A DNA stretch of 64,000 nt, from contig JANHCV010000001.1 of assembly GCA_025594325.1 (NCBI GenBank), positions 1,984,001 to 2,048,000 of the forward strand, given 5' to 3'. Position 1 is the stretch's first letter. Each line of letters opens with the position of its first letter. Made by a program: the position numbers and the translations under genes. The notes under the pieces are model-generated. The model saw only the letters and a program-made list of their open reading frames with translations. It did no database searches and had not been told where the DNA came from. Positions 46,297-57,350 of the stretch are shown here, one piece after another. This stretch comes from Blastocladiella emersonii ATCC 22665. Its lineage: Eukaryota; Fungi; Blastocladiomycota.

Positions 46297-48066
46297 CTAC
46301 GCGTCGGCCTCGTCGTCGTCGTCATCACTCATGGCCATGACCTCCTCCTCCTGGTCCGCTTGATCGGCGACCGCCTCGGCCGGATTTGGCGCGGGCGTCT
46401 CGTCCTCGGCCTCCTCGTCCTCGTCCAGGGCCATGGTCTCGCCGGCGTCCTCGTCCTCCTCCTCGTCGAGCTCGAGCATGGGCCCGTCGTCGTCGTCGCT
46501 CATGGCCATGACCTCGCCGTCGTCCTCCTCCGCCTCCTCGGCGCCGGCAGCAGCAGCGGCGGCAGCGGCAGCGGCAGCCGCGGCGTTGGCGCTCGGGAGC
46601 GCGGCGCCGAGGATCGGTGCGCCCGACGCAGCGGCCGCCGCCGTTGCCGCGGCGACCGCGCTGTCGAGGCTCTCGAGCGGGGTGCCGGCCTCCTGCGCGG
46701 CGGCCATGGCGGCCGTGGTCGCGACGCCGCGCGCGGCGCGGTCGGCGGCGACGAGCAGCTCAATGGGGACGGGGCGCGTGAGGTCCGCGACGTCCATGCC
46801 CGAGGCAGTCGCGTAGTCGTCGAGCGAAATGTTGGCGGTGGTGGGCGGGGCGAGGGCGGCGTTGACGCGGTCCGGGTCGCGCTTGAGCTCCGAGTGGTAC
46901 TTGTTGCGCACGTTGACGCGCGTCTTGCCCGGAATCATGTGCGCAATGGCCTCGAAGTTGAGCCCCCACGCCGTCAGGCCCTGGTAGAAGACGTCCACCT
47001 CGTCGGCGCGCCACCGCGACCCGTTGCGGTTCGCGTTGCCGCGCGTGTGGTGCGCCTGGTTGTAGTACCGCCCGTGCGCCGCCGACTCCTCGATGATGCG
47101 CTGCGGGGCAGCCGGCCGCGGCAGCGCACGCGTCACGACCGCGTTCTGCACGACCATGCGCCCGTTGACGAAGGTGACCTGCGGGCCGAACGCGGCACCG
47201 CCGCCGCCCGAGGCGCCGTTGGCCCCGCCCTCGTCCTCGTCGTCACTCGGCATCATGCGCTCCTCGTCGACATCGTCCTCGTTCTCGTCAAGCGTCATGA
47301 CCTCCTCCTGCGGCAGGGCAGCGGCAGCACCACCGGCGGCGCCAGCGGTTGCCTCGGCCTCGGGTGCGACGACCGTGACGCCGGCGAGCTTCATGGCCTC
47401 CTCCTCGCGGATGCGGCGCTCCTCGAGATACAGCTCGCGGCGGAGGCGGAACTGCTCCGTCGGGCTCGACGCCGCGGCGAGGGTAGCAGCGCGGCGGCGG
47501 GCACGAGCACGGCGGTCACGTCGGATCGTGAGGGCGAGCTTGTCGCGGCTCTCGGTCGCAACGCCCGCCGCCGTCATAGTCCCAAATTGGCCCGCCGTCG
47601 TGCAGAAGAAGGCGAGCGGCATCGCGGCGCGCGTCTCGTCGTCCGACAGGTCGACGCCGTCCGTCGGCAGCGGCGTCTTGGGGCGGCGCGGGGCGCGCGC
47701 GCGGCGAGACGCCGTCGAACCGGTCGCCGACGCAGTATCGTCGGCACCACCGTCCTCCTCGGCGTCGGGTTGCATCGTCTCCTCGCCGTCGCCATTCACA
47801 CTGCTGCCGTCGCGCGACGGCTGGTCCTCGGGGTCCGCGCGCGAGGCAGGGCGCGGCGGACCGGTCGGTCGTGGGCGGTTGCGCGGGACGGCGATTGGGA
47901 CGGCGGGCGGGCGGGAAGTTGAGATGACGGTTGGGACGGTGGGTGGGCGGGAGGTCGAGATGACGGTCGGGACGCGCGGGGCGGAACCCGGCGGGCGCGG
48001 CGGGCCGATGACGGTCGGACCGCGCGGGGGAGCGACCCCCGGGATGGAGATGGGGATGCCCGCCAT
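46297..48066 (-). CDS. BDP1: TFIIIB subunit B'' (Bdp1) SANT-domain protein
   Basis: SRWRADEVDVFYQGLTAWGLNFEAIAHMIPGKTRVNVRNKYHSELKRDPDRVNAAL (Bdp1-type SANT), preceded by PQVTFVNGRMVV; acidic tail. Start uncertain. Confidence 0.85.
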   Translation of the reverse strand: MAGIPISIPGVAPPRGPTVIGPPRPPGSAPRVPTVISTSRPPTVPTVISTSRPPAVPIAVPRNRPRPTGPPRPASRADPEDQPSRDGSSVNGDGEETMQPDAEEDGGADDTASATGSTASRRARAPRRPKTPLPTDGVDLSDDETRAAMPLAFFCTTAGQFGTMTAAGVATESRDKLALTIRRDRRARARRRAATLAAASSPTEQFRLRRELYLEERRIREEEAMKLAGVTVVAPEAEATAGAAGGAAAALPQEEVMTLDENEDDVDEERMMPSDDEDEGGANGASGGGGAAFGPQVTFVNGRMVVQNAVVTRALPRPAAPQRIIEESAAHGRYYNQAHHTRGNANRNGSRWRADEVDVFYQGLTAWGLNFEAIAHMIPGKTRVNVRNKYHSELKRDPDRVNAALAPPTTANISLDDYATASGMDVADLTRPVPIELLVAADRAARGVATTAAMAAAQEAGTPLESLDSAVAAATAAAAASGAPILGAALPSANAAAAAAAAAAAAAGAEEAEEDDGEVMAMSDDDDGPMLELDEEEDEDAGETMALDEDEEAEDETPAPNPAEAVADQADQEEEVMAMSDDDDDEADA

Positions 48067-48465
48067 GCCGTCGAATGCAGCGGGTCGGATCGTTGATGCG
48101 TGTGCTTCGTTGGCGGTGGGTGCGAGAGCGTGGGGATCAGGGGTGCTCAGCGCAACGAGCGGGCGGACGGGCGGGCAGGCAGCCGGGCAGCAGGGGGACT
48201 TGGCCCCCATGCCGGGCAGGCGGCCGGGGCGGAGACAAACCAGCTCACGTGTGACAGCATGACGAGGAAAATCCGCGGAACCCGCGAGACGCGTTCCGCC
48301 GCTTCCTCTTGCGAGTCACACTGCTCGCCGGGTGCGTCGCCGTCCATGAATCCATGAACCCGTCACGGCCACGCGTGAGCGACCCGACTTGACGCATCGA
48401 GCGCGTCGTTGCACCCAGCGCCGCTGGCTCCATCCACCTCGACCCGATCGCCCCATCCTGCACCC

Positions 48466-51400
48466 ATGGACCCGCGGCCGACCATGACCAACGGCGGCCA
48501 CACGGCTCCTTCGAGCGTGCCTGCGCCGCTGCCGACCGGAACCGTGTTCGGCGCGTCGCCCATCCCCGCCGTCGTCACGCCCGGCATCGTGCGCGTCGAG
48601 GACGTGAACCGCTCGGTCCATCGCGCCCTCGGCCGCGCTCCCCTGACCACCGTCCCGACCGACACCATCAAGGGTACTTCTACCCGGATGCACCATGGTG
48701 AATCGACCGGAAACCGTGGGACTGAGCGCTGCGCGGTCGTGTAGTCGCCGCCCTGCTCTACGCGCCGACCGAGGTGACCATCGCCAACCCGGGCGACCGG
48801 TGGTCGACCAACGCGCTCGCCCCGCACGAGTTCCGCCACCTCGTCTCGGACGCGGCGTGGGCCGGCCCGCTGAGTGCCGCTGTCGCCCACACGGCCACGA
48901 CCGCGGTCCCGCTCATGTACGCGCGCCCCTCGGTCTCGCCCTCATCCCCGCCGCGCCGTCTGACTCCCATTCCGTAGGAACGTGCGCCGCATGCCCGCGA
49001 CCCCCACGGCCACCCTCTCGCCGCCCGTCACGCTGAGCAGCGGTCAGCCGCGACTCGCGCTCGCCGAGATCATCGCCGCCGCGCTCCCGCTCCACGTCGA
49101 CCCGCCACCCGCGCAGCCGCGGCCTCACCTGCCCTTCCTCTCGGACGCGCACGTCGACTCGGTTATGGCGCGCTACACGACGCGTCGCTCAACTCCCGCC
49201 CCGGCCCCGGCCCCGGCCGCAGCCGCTACCGCCGTCGCGACCGGCCGCGCTATCGGCAAACCCGTTCGTCCACCCGCACCGCCCGCACCGGTGGCCCACC
49301 CTGCCGTTTCCACGGCCGATCGGCTGCTCGCTCCGCGGCGCCGCCAGCCGTCCGACATTGTCGTAGAGATCCCCCTGAGCGGACCCGCCGTCCAGGCCGC
49401 CGCCCAGCACAAGCGCAAGCGGCTGTCGAATGACGCTGCCCCTACCGCGGCCGCCGCATCGCAGGCTCGCTCGGCGACCCCGTCCTCGAGCCTGCCGCCG
49501 CCCGCATCGACTACCCCGATCCCCGACGACAACGACGGCGACTACGTGCCCGACACCGACATGGCCGACGTCGCCGCCCCGTCACCACCACCGCCGCGCC
49601 CCGTCAAGAAGCAGCGCACGGGCAAGGCCCCCGCCAAGTCGGCCCAGGCCCTCGAGCACCTCGTCTCGCAGATCCGCTCGCCCACCCCCGACCCCGCCGC
49701 CATCGCCACCTCGCTCCGCCGAAACGTCGTCTCGCAGCTCGTCGACGCCCTCACCAACGGGCTTCTCGCCCTCTCTGACGCCGAGGCCCGCACCCTCGTC
49801 GCCTCGTGCCTCCCGCTCGTCAAGCCGTTCACGGCCCGCACCATCCTCCGCCCGCGCCGCCGGCGACCCGATGACGGCGACTCGCGCAAGGACAGCGGTC
49901 GCGGGCTGAGTCCCGGCGCGCCCGCCGATCCGTCGCGCCCGCATCACGCTGACGAAGCCATGGACGTCGATGACGACGACGACGAGTCCGAGGATGACGA
50001 CGATTCGGACGCGGCGCGGGGCGCGCGCCTCGCTACCCTCCTCGACTCGGTCCTCCTCGCCGTCGACGCCGCCCAGGCCATTGTTCTGCTCTACACGGCC
50101 TACCCTGACACGCTGACGACCGACGCAGTCGCCGCCATCGGCGACCTGTTCAAGAACCAGATGCTCGAGTCGGTCGTGCCCGTACTCGAGGCCCGCGAAC
50201 GCGGCGACGTGGACGACGACGATGACTACGCCGCGAAACCGACGCGCGGCGGCGCCAAGGCCAAGGGCAAGGGCAAAGCCGCTGCCGCCGCCGCCAAGTC
50301 CGCGTCGCTGCCCAACGAGTACGAGAGCAACCACCTCATGCTGCCCGCGCGCATTCTGTCGAGCAACCCGCGCCTCGAGAAGTCGGCCCAGTCGCTCATG
50401 CACGCCCTGTGTGCGCTCACGCTGCGCCTGCGCAACCTCGTCGCCGTGCACGCGCACAAGGCCGCGCTCGAGGAGTTTGCCATCTCCATCTCGTACGGCG
50501 CCATGGCGCCCGTCTTCATGGGCACCGCCGCCGACCCGCTGCTGCAGATGCGCGGGCTCGAGCTCGTCACCGCCGTCGCCGCGCTCCGCGCCGACCTGCG
50601 CCAGGGTATCATCGACGAGGTCGTTGCCAACCTGATCCACAGCTCTTCGGCCTCGGCCGGTTCCACGGGCGCGGCGCGGCGCACCGTGCGCCGGTACAAG
50701 CTCGCCGACGGGACCTCGATCCAGCTCGCCACCGCGCTCGTCCTGCACCTGATCCAGGCGGCCGCGCCGTCCGCGGCCGACCTCGGCGCCTCCATGGCCG
50801 CCGCGAGCAAGCACGTGGCACCGCCTCCGCCGCTCGACGAGTCCAAACGCTACGCGGGGCACGTCGTGCAGTACCTACTCGCGCGCGCGACGAAAAAGTC
50901 CAAGTCGGCCGTCACCAACGAGGCCGACTACCTTGCGCTGCTCCGCGCCGTGTTCGAGGACGTGGTCACGGTACTGCCCTCGCCCGAGTTCCCCGCCGCC
51001 GAGCTCGTTGCGTGCATCACGCTCCAGCTCATGATCCCCGTCGTTGAGGACGAGGGCACCACCGATATCTCGGTCAAGTCGCTCGCCATGGACATCTTCT
51101 CGTCGCTCCTGTGCCACTCGCGCAAGCTAACGGCCGAGCACGGCGCCGTCGACGCCAAGTCGATTGCCCGCGCCAAGCGCGTCGTCGCAGCGTATCTCGA
51201 GCAGGCCGCCAAGGGCGATAGCGGCGCGGCGTCGGCGCTCAACTACCTCCGCGCCGAGTGGGCCACGCTCGATCGCGCCAACGGCAGGGTCGAGGATGGC
51301 AAGGCTGCCGCCGTCGCCGCCAGCGCCGCGGCTGCCGTTGACGCGGCTGAGGACGACGGGCTCGACTTCATGCGGAGCGATGACGAGGAGGACCAGCCCG

Positions 51401-54400
51401 TCGACGCGGCCGCAGCGCCCGCGCCTCAGCAGAAGGACGCCGACGACACAAAGCCGCTCCTCGACGTGTCGCGCGCCGCAGCGCTCGAAGCGCTGCACAA
51501 GCTCCTCGTCGGCGCGTCGATGCTGCACAAGTACACGGAGCCGCTGCTCGCGCGCATCGTGCGGTGGTTCGAGGCCAAGGAGACCAACGTGCGCAGCCGC
51601 GCCATCAAGGTGCTGTCGGCCGTCGGGCAGGTCGACCCGACCATCATGTCGCAGCCGCGCGTTCTGGGCGCGATCCAGGCGCGCCTCGACGACCCGTCGC
51701 CATCGGTCCGCGACAGCGTGCTCGAGGTCGTCGGCAAGTGGATCCTCGGGTCCTCGGGCCCCGTCAACCACGGGTACCTCAACATCCTGTGCGCGCGGAC
51801 CGTCGACCGCGCGACGAGTGTCCGGAAACGCGCCATCAAGACGCTCGGCGCGCTCCGCACCCGCGTCGAGGTGCCCGACCTCATCGAGATTGCGGTGCGC
51901 CTGTTCCACCGTATCTCCGACGAGGAGACGAGTATCGCCGACACGGCCAAGCGCGTGCTCGTCGACATCATGTTCCCGCCCGCGCCCAGCGGTGTCTCGG
52001 CCGCCGCCGCCGCGACCTCGGCCGCCGACTACGACCCGGACGCGGCGTCGCTCGCCTTCGCCGCGCTCAAGCAGACGCAGCGGCTCGACGTGCTCTCGCA
52101 GGCGCTCGTGTTCTGCGGCGTCGTCGCGCGCGTGGACGCCGACCCGCTCGTCTACTTTTTGCGCTCCGACAGCGTCACGCTCGGCCTCCTCCCACCCGCG
52201 CTCTTCCACTCGATCCAGACGGGCGCGCCGCTGGCCCCGCAGACCCTCGACGCGCTCGCCGCGCTCGCCGTCCTCGCCCGCGCCGCGCCGCGCGCCGTGT
52301 CCGCCGAGATGCTCACGGCGTGCGTCAATTTCGTCACGTTCCCCATGCCGCAGCAAGCGCGGCACGCCGAGGCGATCAACCGCCAGTCGCTCCTCGCGCT
52401 CGGCCTGTTCCGCGAGGCCCTGGCCGCGGGCGAGCGCGACCCCGACGCCGCGGCGCCGCTCGCGTCCAAGGTCCTCGACGACCTCGTGGTCAGCGCGCTG
52501 CGCGTCGTGCAGTGGGGCGTGCTCGCCAACGTGCGCGCTGCCGTCGCCGTCGCGTGTTTCGCATCGCGCCGCTTCTCGGCTACGGCGGCCGCCGCGGCGG
52601 CGGCGGAGACCCGCGTCCAGACCCTCCTGCAGGGCGCGACCGCGCAGCTCGTCAAGTGCCGCGACGCGCTCGGTCCCGACGGGTCCGGCGCGCTGCCCGC
52701 TAAGCTGAGCGAGGTCCACGTGCGGCGGCTGCTCGCCATCGTCGGCGCGCTCGCGCAGTACCACGCGATGCAGCAGCCGTCGTCCGCGGACAAGGGTGCC
52801 GCCGCCGCCGCGGTCACGTCCGACACGGTGTTCGACGTGCTGCGGTACTTCTGCGGCCCGTGCGGGCTCTCGGAAACCACGCGGTCGTCGGCCATGCAGG
52901 CGGTCGGGTTCATGACGCTCCAATTTAGCAAGCTGCTGATGCTCGCGCCGATGCTGCGGCTCATCAAGGGCGTGCTCGATGCACGCGACGCCGAGCCGCT
53001 CATGGCCGAGGCCGCGCTCGATATGATCGTCCAGTTCATGTCGCGCGAGGACGCCAAGGCGGCCGAGAAGCAGAAGTCGGGTACGGTCTTGCGTTGTTTC
53101 GGCTAGTACTTGTGCAGTGACTGACGCGATTGCGCGAGCGTTTAGGGGCGCTGGACTTTGACCGGCAGGCGTTCCTCGGCACGACCATGGAGTTTGCGAC
53201 GTCGGGCATCGCCGAGTCGCTCGCGCAGGCGTTTGTGTCGGACATTGTCGCGTGCGCGCTCATGGACGCGATGGACACGGTGCGGCGGCGCGTCGTCGAT
53301 CTCGCGCAGGAGGCGATTGGGTTTATCTCGCTCAACCGGCTCGCGCACCCGAAGCTCGTGATGCCCGCGGTCGTCGCCCTCGGCACCTCGCCCGACTCGC
53401 AGGTCGCGGCCAAGGCGCGCGTGCACCACGCCAAGCTCCACTCGCAGCACGCGTCGACCATCTACGACGCCAACCGCGAGGCCGTCATCGCCGCGAGCGA
53501 CTACCAGGCGCGCGTGCAGCGGTCGGCGGCACCGCTCGGGTACGCGGCCGCGTCGGCCTCGGGCGAGTCCGCGGGCGTCGTCGCGCACCTCGCCCCGTTC
53601 TACGCGGTGATCCGCGATACCAAGCGCGAGCGCCGCGCGTTCCTCCACCTGCTCGTCCGGTTCTTCGAGTGGCGGCTGCAGGCCACGTCCACCGCGCCTC
53701 CCGAGGCTGTCCCAGCAGCAGCTGTCGGTCCTCGGCGCGGTCGGGCACCTGCAGCAGCAGCATCGGCAGCAACCACCGCGGCGAACGACGGCATGCAGGG
53801 CGTGCCCACGGCCACGGACGTGGGGCGGTGCCGGTGGCTCGCCGACAACCTGGCGACGCTCGAGTTCAAGCACGAGGACGAGGTGCTGGCCGTGATCCAG
53901 ACGGCGAACCGCGTCGTGTCGAGCGTCGCGGTCGCGGTGCAGGTCGACCTCGAGCGGCAGCTGCACGCCGCGAGCAACAGCAGCGGAGCCGCGACCCCGA
54001 TCTCGCCCGACGCGCCCACGTCGCCGCAGCGCGAGACGGCGTGGCCCCTCGCCGAACTCGTGCGCGCGGCCGCGGTGTCGGCCATGCTCGTCGCGGCCAA
54101 GGGGTACCTGACGCGCGCGTTCGGGCTGTCGGCGGCCAAGGTGCGCAACTTCCGCGACACGCCGGCGGCGGCCACGGGCCGCGGCGCGATCGCCAAGTCG
54201 GTGGCGCGGCGCGACGAGGTGCCCGCGTACGTGTGCCCCGTCGACGACGCGCACCTCGCGGTCCTCGCGTCCGCGACGGCCACGGCGGCCGAGGTCGAGG
54301 CGATCGCGGCGCCCGTCCACGCGCTCCTCGAGGGCCTGCTCGACCAGGACCCCGCCCTGCACGACGAGACGGCTGCGGCGGCCGCGCTCGCCGCGAACGG

Positions 54401-54584
54401 CGTGTCGATCGGCGAGTCCATGGCCGACACTTCGTCGGACGCGACGTCGGTGCTCGTGCCCACGTCCGACGACCCGCTCGCGTCCGTCACAGCGCCACCG
54501 CCGCCGCCGCCGCCGGCGACGCGGGCCAAGCGCGCGGCTTCGGGTCGCAAGGCTGCACCGCGGCGTAAGGCGAGCGGGGCGTGA
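48466..54584 (+). CDS. SCC2: Cohesin loader Scc2/NIPBL
   Basis: HEAT segment ETNVRSRAIKVLSAV..DP..RLDDPSPSVRDSVLEVVGK..DRATSVRKRAIK and a Nipped-B C-terminal segment GIAESLAQAFVSDIVACAL...HPKLVMPAVVALGTS. Two 5' introns plus an intron near 53082-53147. Confidence 0.92.
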
Positions 54585-54672
54585 GGGCTGGAGTGTAGTA
54601 TAGCAATATCGGATTGGAGTAGGTTTTGAGGCGACTCAGGCATGAATACGCGAGAGACATCCTGACAGGGCC

Positions 54673-54680
54673 TGACGTCA
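54673..54680. promoter_or_regulatory. Perfect CRE/ATF palindrome TGACGTCA upstream of the metallothionein-like gene
   Basis: Sequence seen about 310 nt upstream of ATG 54987; function inferred from the known bZIP (Atf1/Sko1) site. Confidence 0.4.
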
Positions 54681-54818
54681 CCGCGCAGCGCCACCAGAAG
54701 GAAAGTCAACGCGCGCGTTTTTCGCTCGCGCAGCAGCTCGCGAGCGGGTCCGCGCGGACACACGAGCGCGACTTGCCGTGCGAGCGCGCCACCCAACATA
54801 GAGTGCGGGCCCGCGTGG

Positions 54819-54824
54819 TATAAA
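54819..54824 (+). promoter_or_regulatory. TATA box (TATAAA)
   Basis: AT-rich hexamer in a GC-rich background about 165 nt upstream of ATG 54987. Confidence 0.5.
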
Positions 54825-54986
54825 GTCGGCGGGCCCCCCGCGCCTCCCCGCTCGCTCTCCTCACCGACTTGAAGCCGAGACCAAACGTATGCAACGAGCG
54901 CGCGCGTACCATGCTATGCAACGAGACCGCGGGCGCTGACCCCGCTGCTGCCCGCCGACCATGTAGCAACCAACCCAACCATCACC

Positions 54987-55235
54987 ATGTCCGCCTCCTG
55001 CCACTGCCACGACGAGATCGACCTGCACCCGCGCCTGATGCGCGACGTCGAGAACTGCGAGTCGCCCGAGTGCCGCGACCACCTGCACCACGCCGAGGCG
55101 CACGCGTCGCACCACGGGGCCGACGCCAAGGTGCACGCGCACAACGACAAGTGCTGCTGCGAGGCCGGCAAGTGCTGCTGCGCGACGGGCGCGTGCGGCA
55201 AGGACACGGCCGCCAAGAAGGACGGCTGCTGCTAA
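54987..55235 (+). CDS. Small His/Cys-rich metallothionein-like protein (82 aa)
   Basis: Single exon with strong codon bias and a good start context (ACCATG). 13 Cys and 11 His, including CCC..CCC and a terminal CC; no Trp, Tyr or Phe. Confidence 0.75.
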   Translation: MSASCHCHDEIDLHPRLMRDVENCESPECRDHLHHAEAHASHHGADAKVHAHNDKCCCEAGKCCCATGACGKDTAAKKDGCC

Positions 55236-57037
55236 GCGCGAGGGCGTCGGTATCGGCTTCGGCGACGAGTGGGCCGCGTGGTGCGGCGCTGTCGCTTGTC
55301 GAGCCGAGCCGCCGACGGCGTGCAAGCGTCTCCAAGGTGTGTGTACGAGAGAAGTAGGTGTGAGGTGTGAGAAGGCGCCGTAGTCGCAGACATGTTGAGT
55401 AAATGTACCATACCCTGGCAGCTGCACATGATGAAGCGCAAAGCGAGAGATGCGAAGAGGGAGAAGTCGGAGGTCAAGGACGAAAAGGATCGGCGAGATC
55501 CGCGCTGATCACGGCGTCGTCACCTTGCCTTCATGGCCGCCGATGAGTGTTGACTGCAACCACGGATGGAGTGTGCAGGCCAGCTTGACGACGACACGAG
55601 GGCGTGGCCGTCGCGCGTGACGAAGACGTGTGAGTGGGCTGCACACGCGGCGTGGAGCACGAGTCTCGCACTCGGTGCGACGCGCGTCCGCGATGATCAG
55701 CGCGGGTGCCGGCAACAAGCACGGGGCCGTCGGCCGATGAGCGATGCGAACGGCGATGAGCAGCGCGGGCGCGGGCGCGTCGTCGCCCACAGCCGTGGGA
55801 GAAAAGCGCGCGAACCCGGCGGCAGCGCGGCGGTGCGAGACACGCGAGCCGGGCGAGACAAACGAGGACGCGCGACGCGCCGCGTGCCACGCCACGGCAC
55901 GGGATCGACCATCGGCGGCCGCGGGCGCCGCGGGCCTCCCGGCGGGTTCCGCGCGCGTCCCGGAGTACAGGATCAGCAAATTGGCGAGCGCGACCGCGCG
56001 GTCCGCTGGCACGCGAGGGGCGGCGCCGCCGTCTCGCAGCGATTCGCCGCGGACGCGCGCGGCGCGTCTCGCACGAGGCCGTCGACTGTATCAGCGGTTT
56101 ACACGTCAAGTAACGGGTGATCGCACGCCCCCGTTGCGACGCGCAGCCTCGCGCGCCCTCCCTGCTCGCTCTCTCTCCCCCAAACGCGCTCTCGCCCCCG
56201 CCACGCCTGCACTGGCTACTGTACCTCGCCGACCCGCACCCGCACCCACTCGGAGCCGACTCGCGCGCACACTCGCTCGCTCGCGCGTCCGCTCGCCCGC
56301 CTGCCCGCCCACACGACACGCGTCACCACGCCGACCCACGCCACGCGTCGCCCGCGATCGCGCGCATCAACACCAACGTGATCGCGTCGCGCCTCACCGC
56401 GCCACATCGCCCGCGCAAACGCCGATTCCCAAGTCCTTCGACGCTCGCTGCCGACGCTGCCGCTCCTGCACTCGGGCGCCGGTTTCGAATTAAGTACGCG
56501 TCCACTTGGTTATCGGGGGCCGGTGTCGAGAACAAGGCAAAACTATTTTTCGATCCCCGCCCCCATTGTTTCCTCGTCGATTTATTCTCCCGCTTGGCGC
56601 GGGAGGGGGGCGCAGCGCGAGCCGACGGGACGGGACGATGCAGGAGGAGGAGAAAAAGTAGGCTGCACCGGAGCCCGCCCCCGATCCTCATCCGACGGCT
56701 CCGTCGCCCTCGCTCGCGCGCGCCTCCCCCGCCCGTTTCCCGCATCCTCGCGCGGCCGCCCCAGAGCCGTCCCCTCTCTCCCACGGCCCCCGCGCCCTCA
56801 TCATCCCCCCCTCATCGTCTCATCGCCCGCCCTCCCACGCTCACATCGCCCTGCTGCGCGATCACATCCGCCACACCACACACCCACCCCGCCACCTCGC
56901 GCGACGCTGTGCTTGCCCGGCTGACCGACCGTTCCACCCACCCACCCGTCCGCCCACTCGCCTCCCTCGCGACAGCGCAGCTCAGCTCCTCTCGCTCTTC
57001 GCCCGCTGCTGCGCTCAAGTCGCAGCATCCGCCCAAC

Positions 57038-57264
57038 GTACGTGGCCCTCATCATCTCTCACTCTGCCCTCCTCGGGTGCACTGTCGCGCATCGGGCACA
57101 TCGGCCATGGCCTGGTGCTCGCGTCCGGCCTGCCGCCCGCTCGGCCGCCTTCCCTCCCTGGCGGGATGCACGCCGCGTGGGAGCGATGCCGTTCCCATTA
57201 CAATCCGCCCGCCGCCGCCCGCATCGCCGCTGACCTGTGCGGCTGTCGATCCTCGATTACGTAG
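57038..57264 (+). other. Candidate 5'-UTR intron of the NOL4-like gene
   Basis: GTACGT donor at 57038, GCTGAC branch at 57229, TAG acceptor ending 57264, about 87 nt upstream of ATG 57351. Confidence 0.5.
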
Positions 57265-57350
57265 CGCGTGCGATCCGTTCGCGTCCAGCTGGTCGATCGA
57301 GCCGAACGGGCAGTCCCGACCCGGCCCGACCGCCTCGCCGCCGCCCTGCC

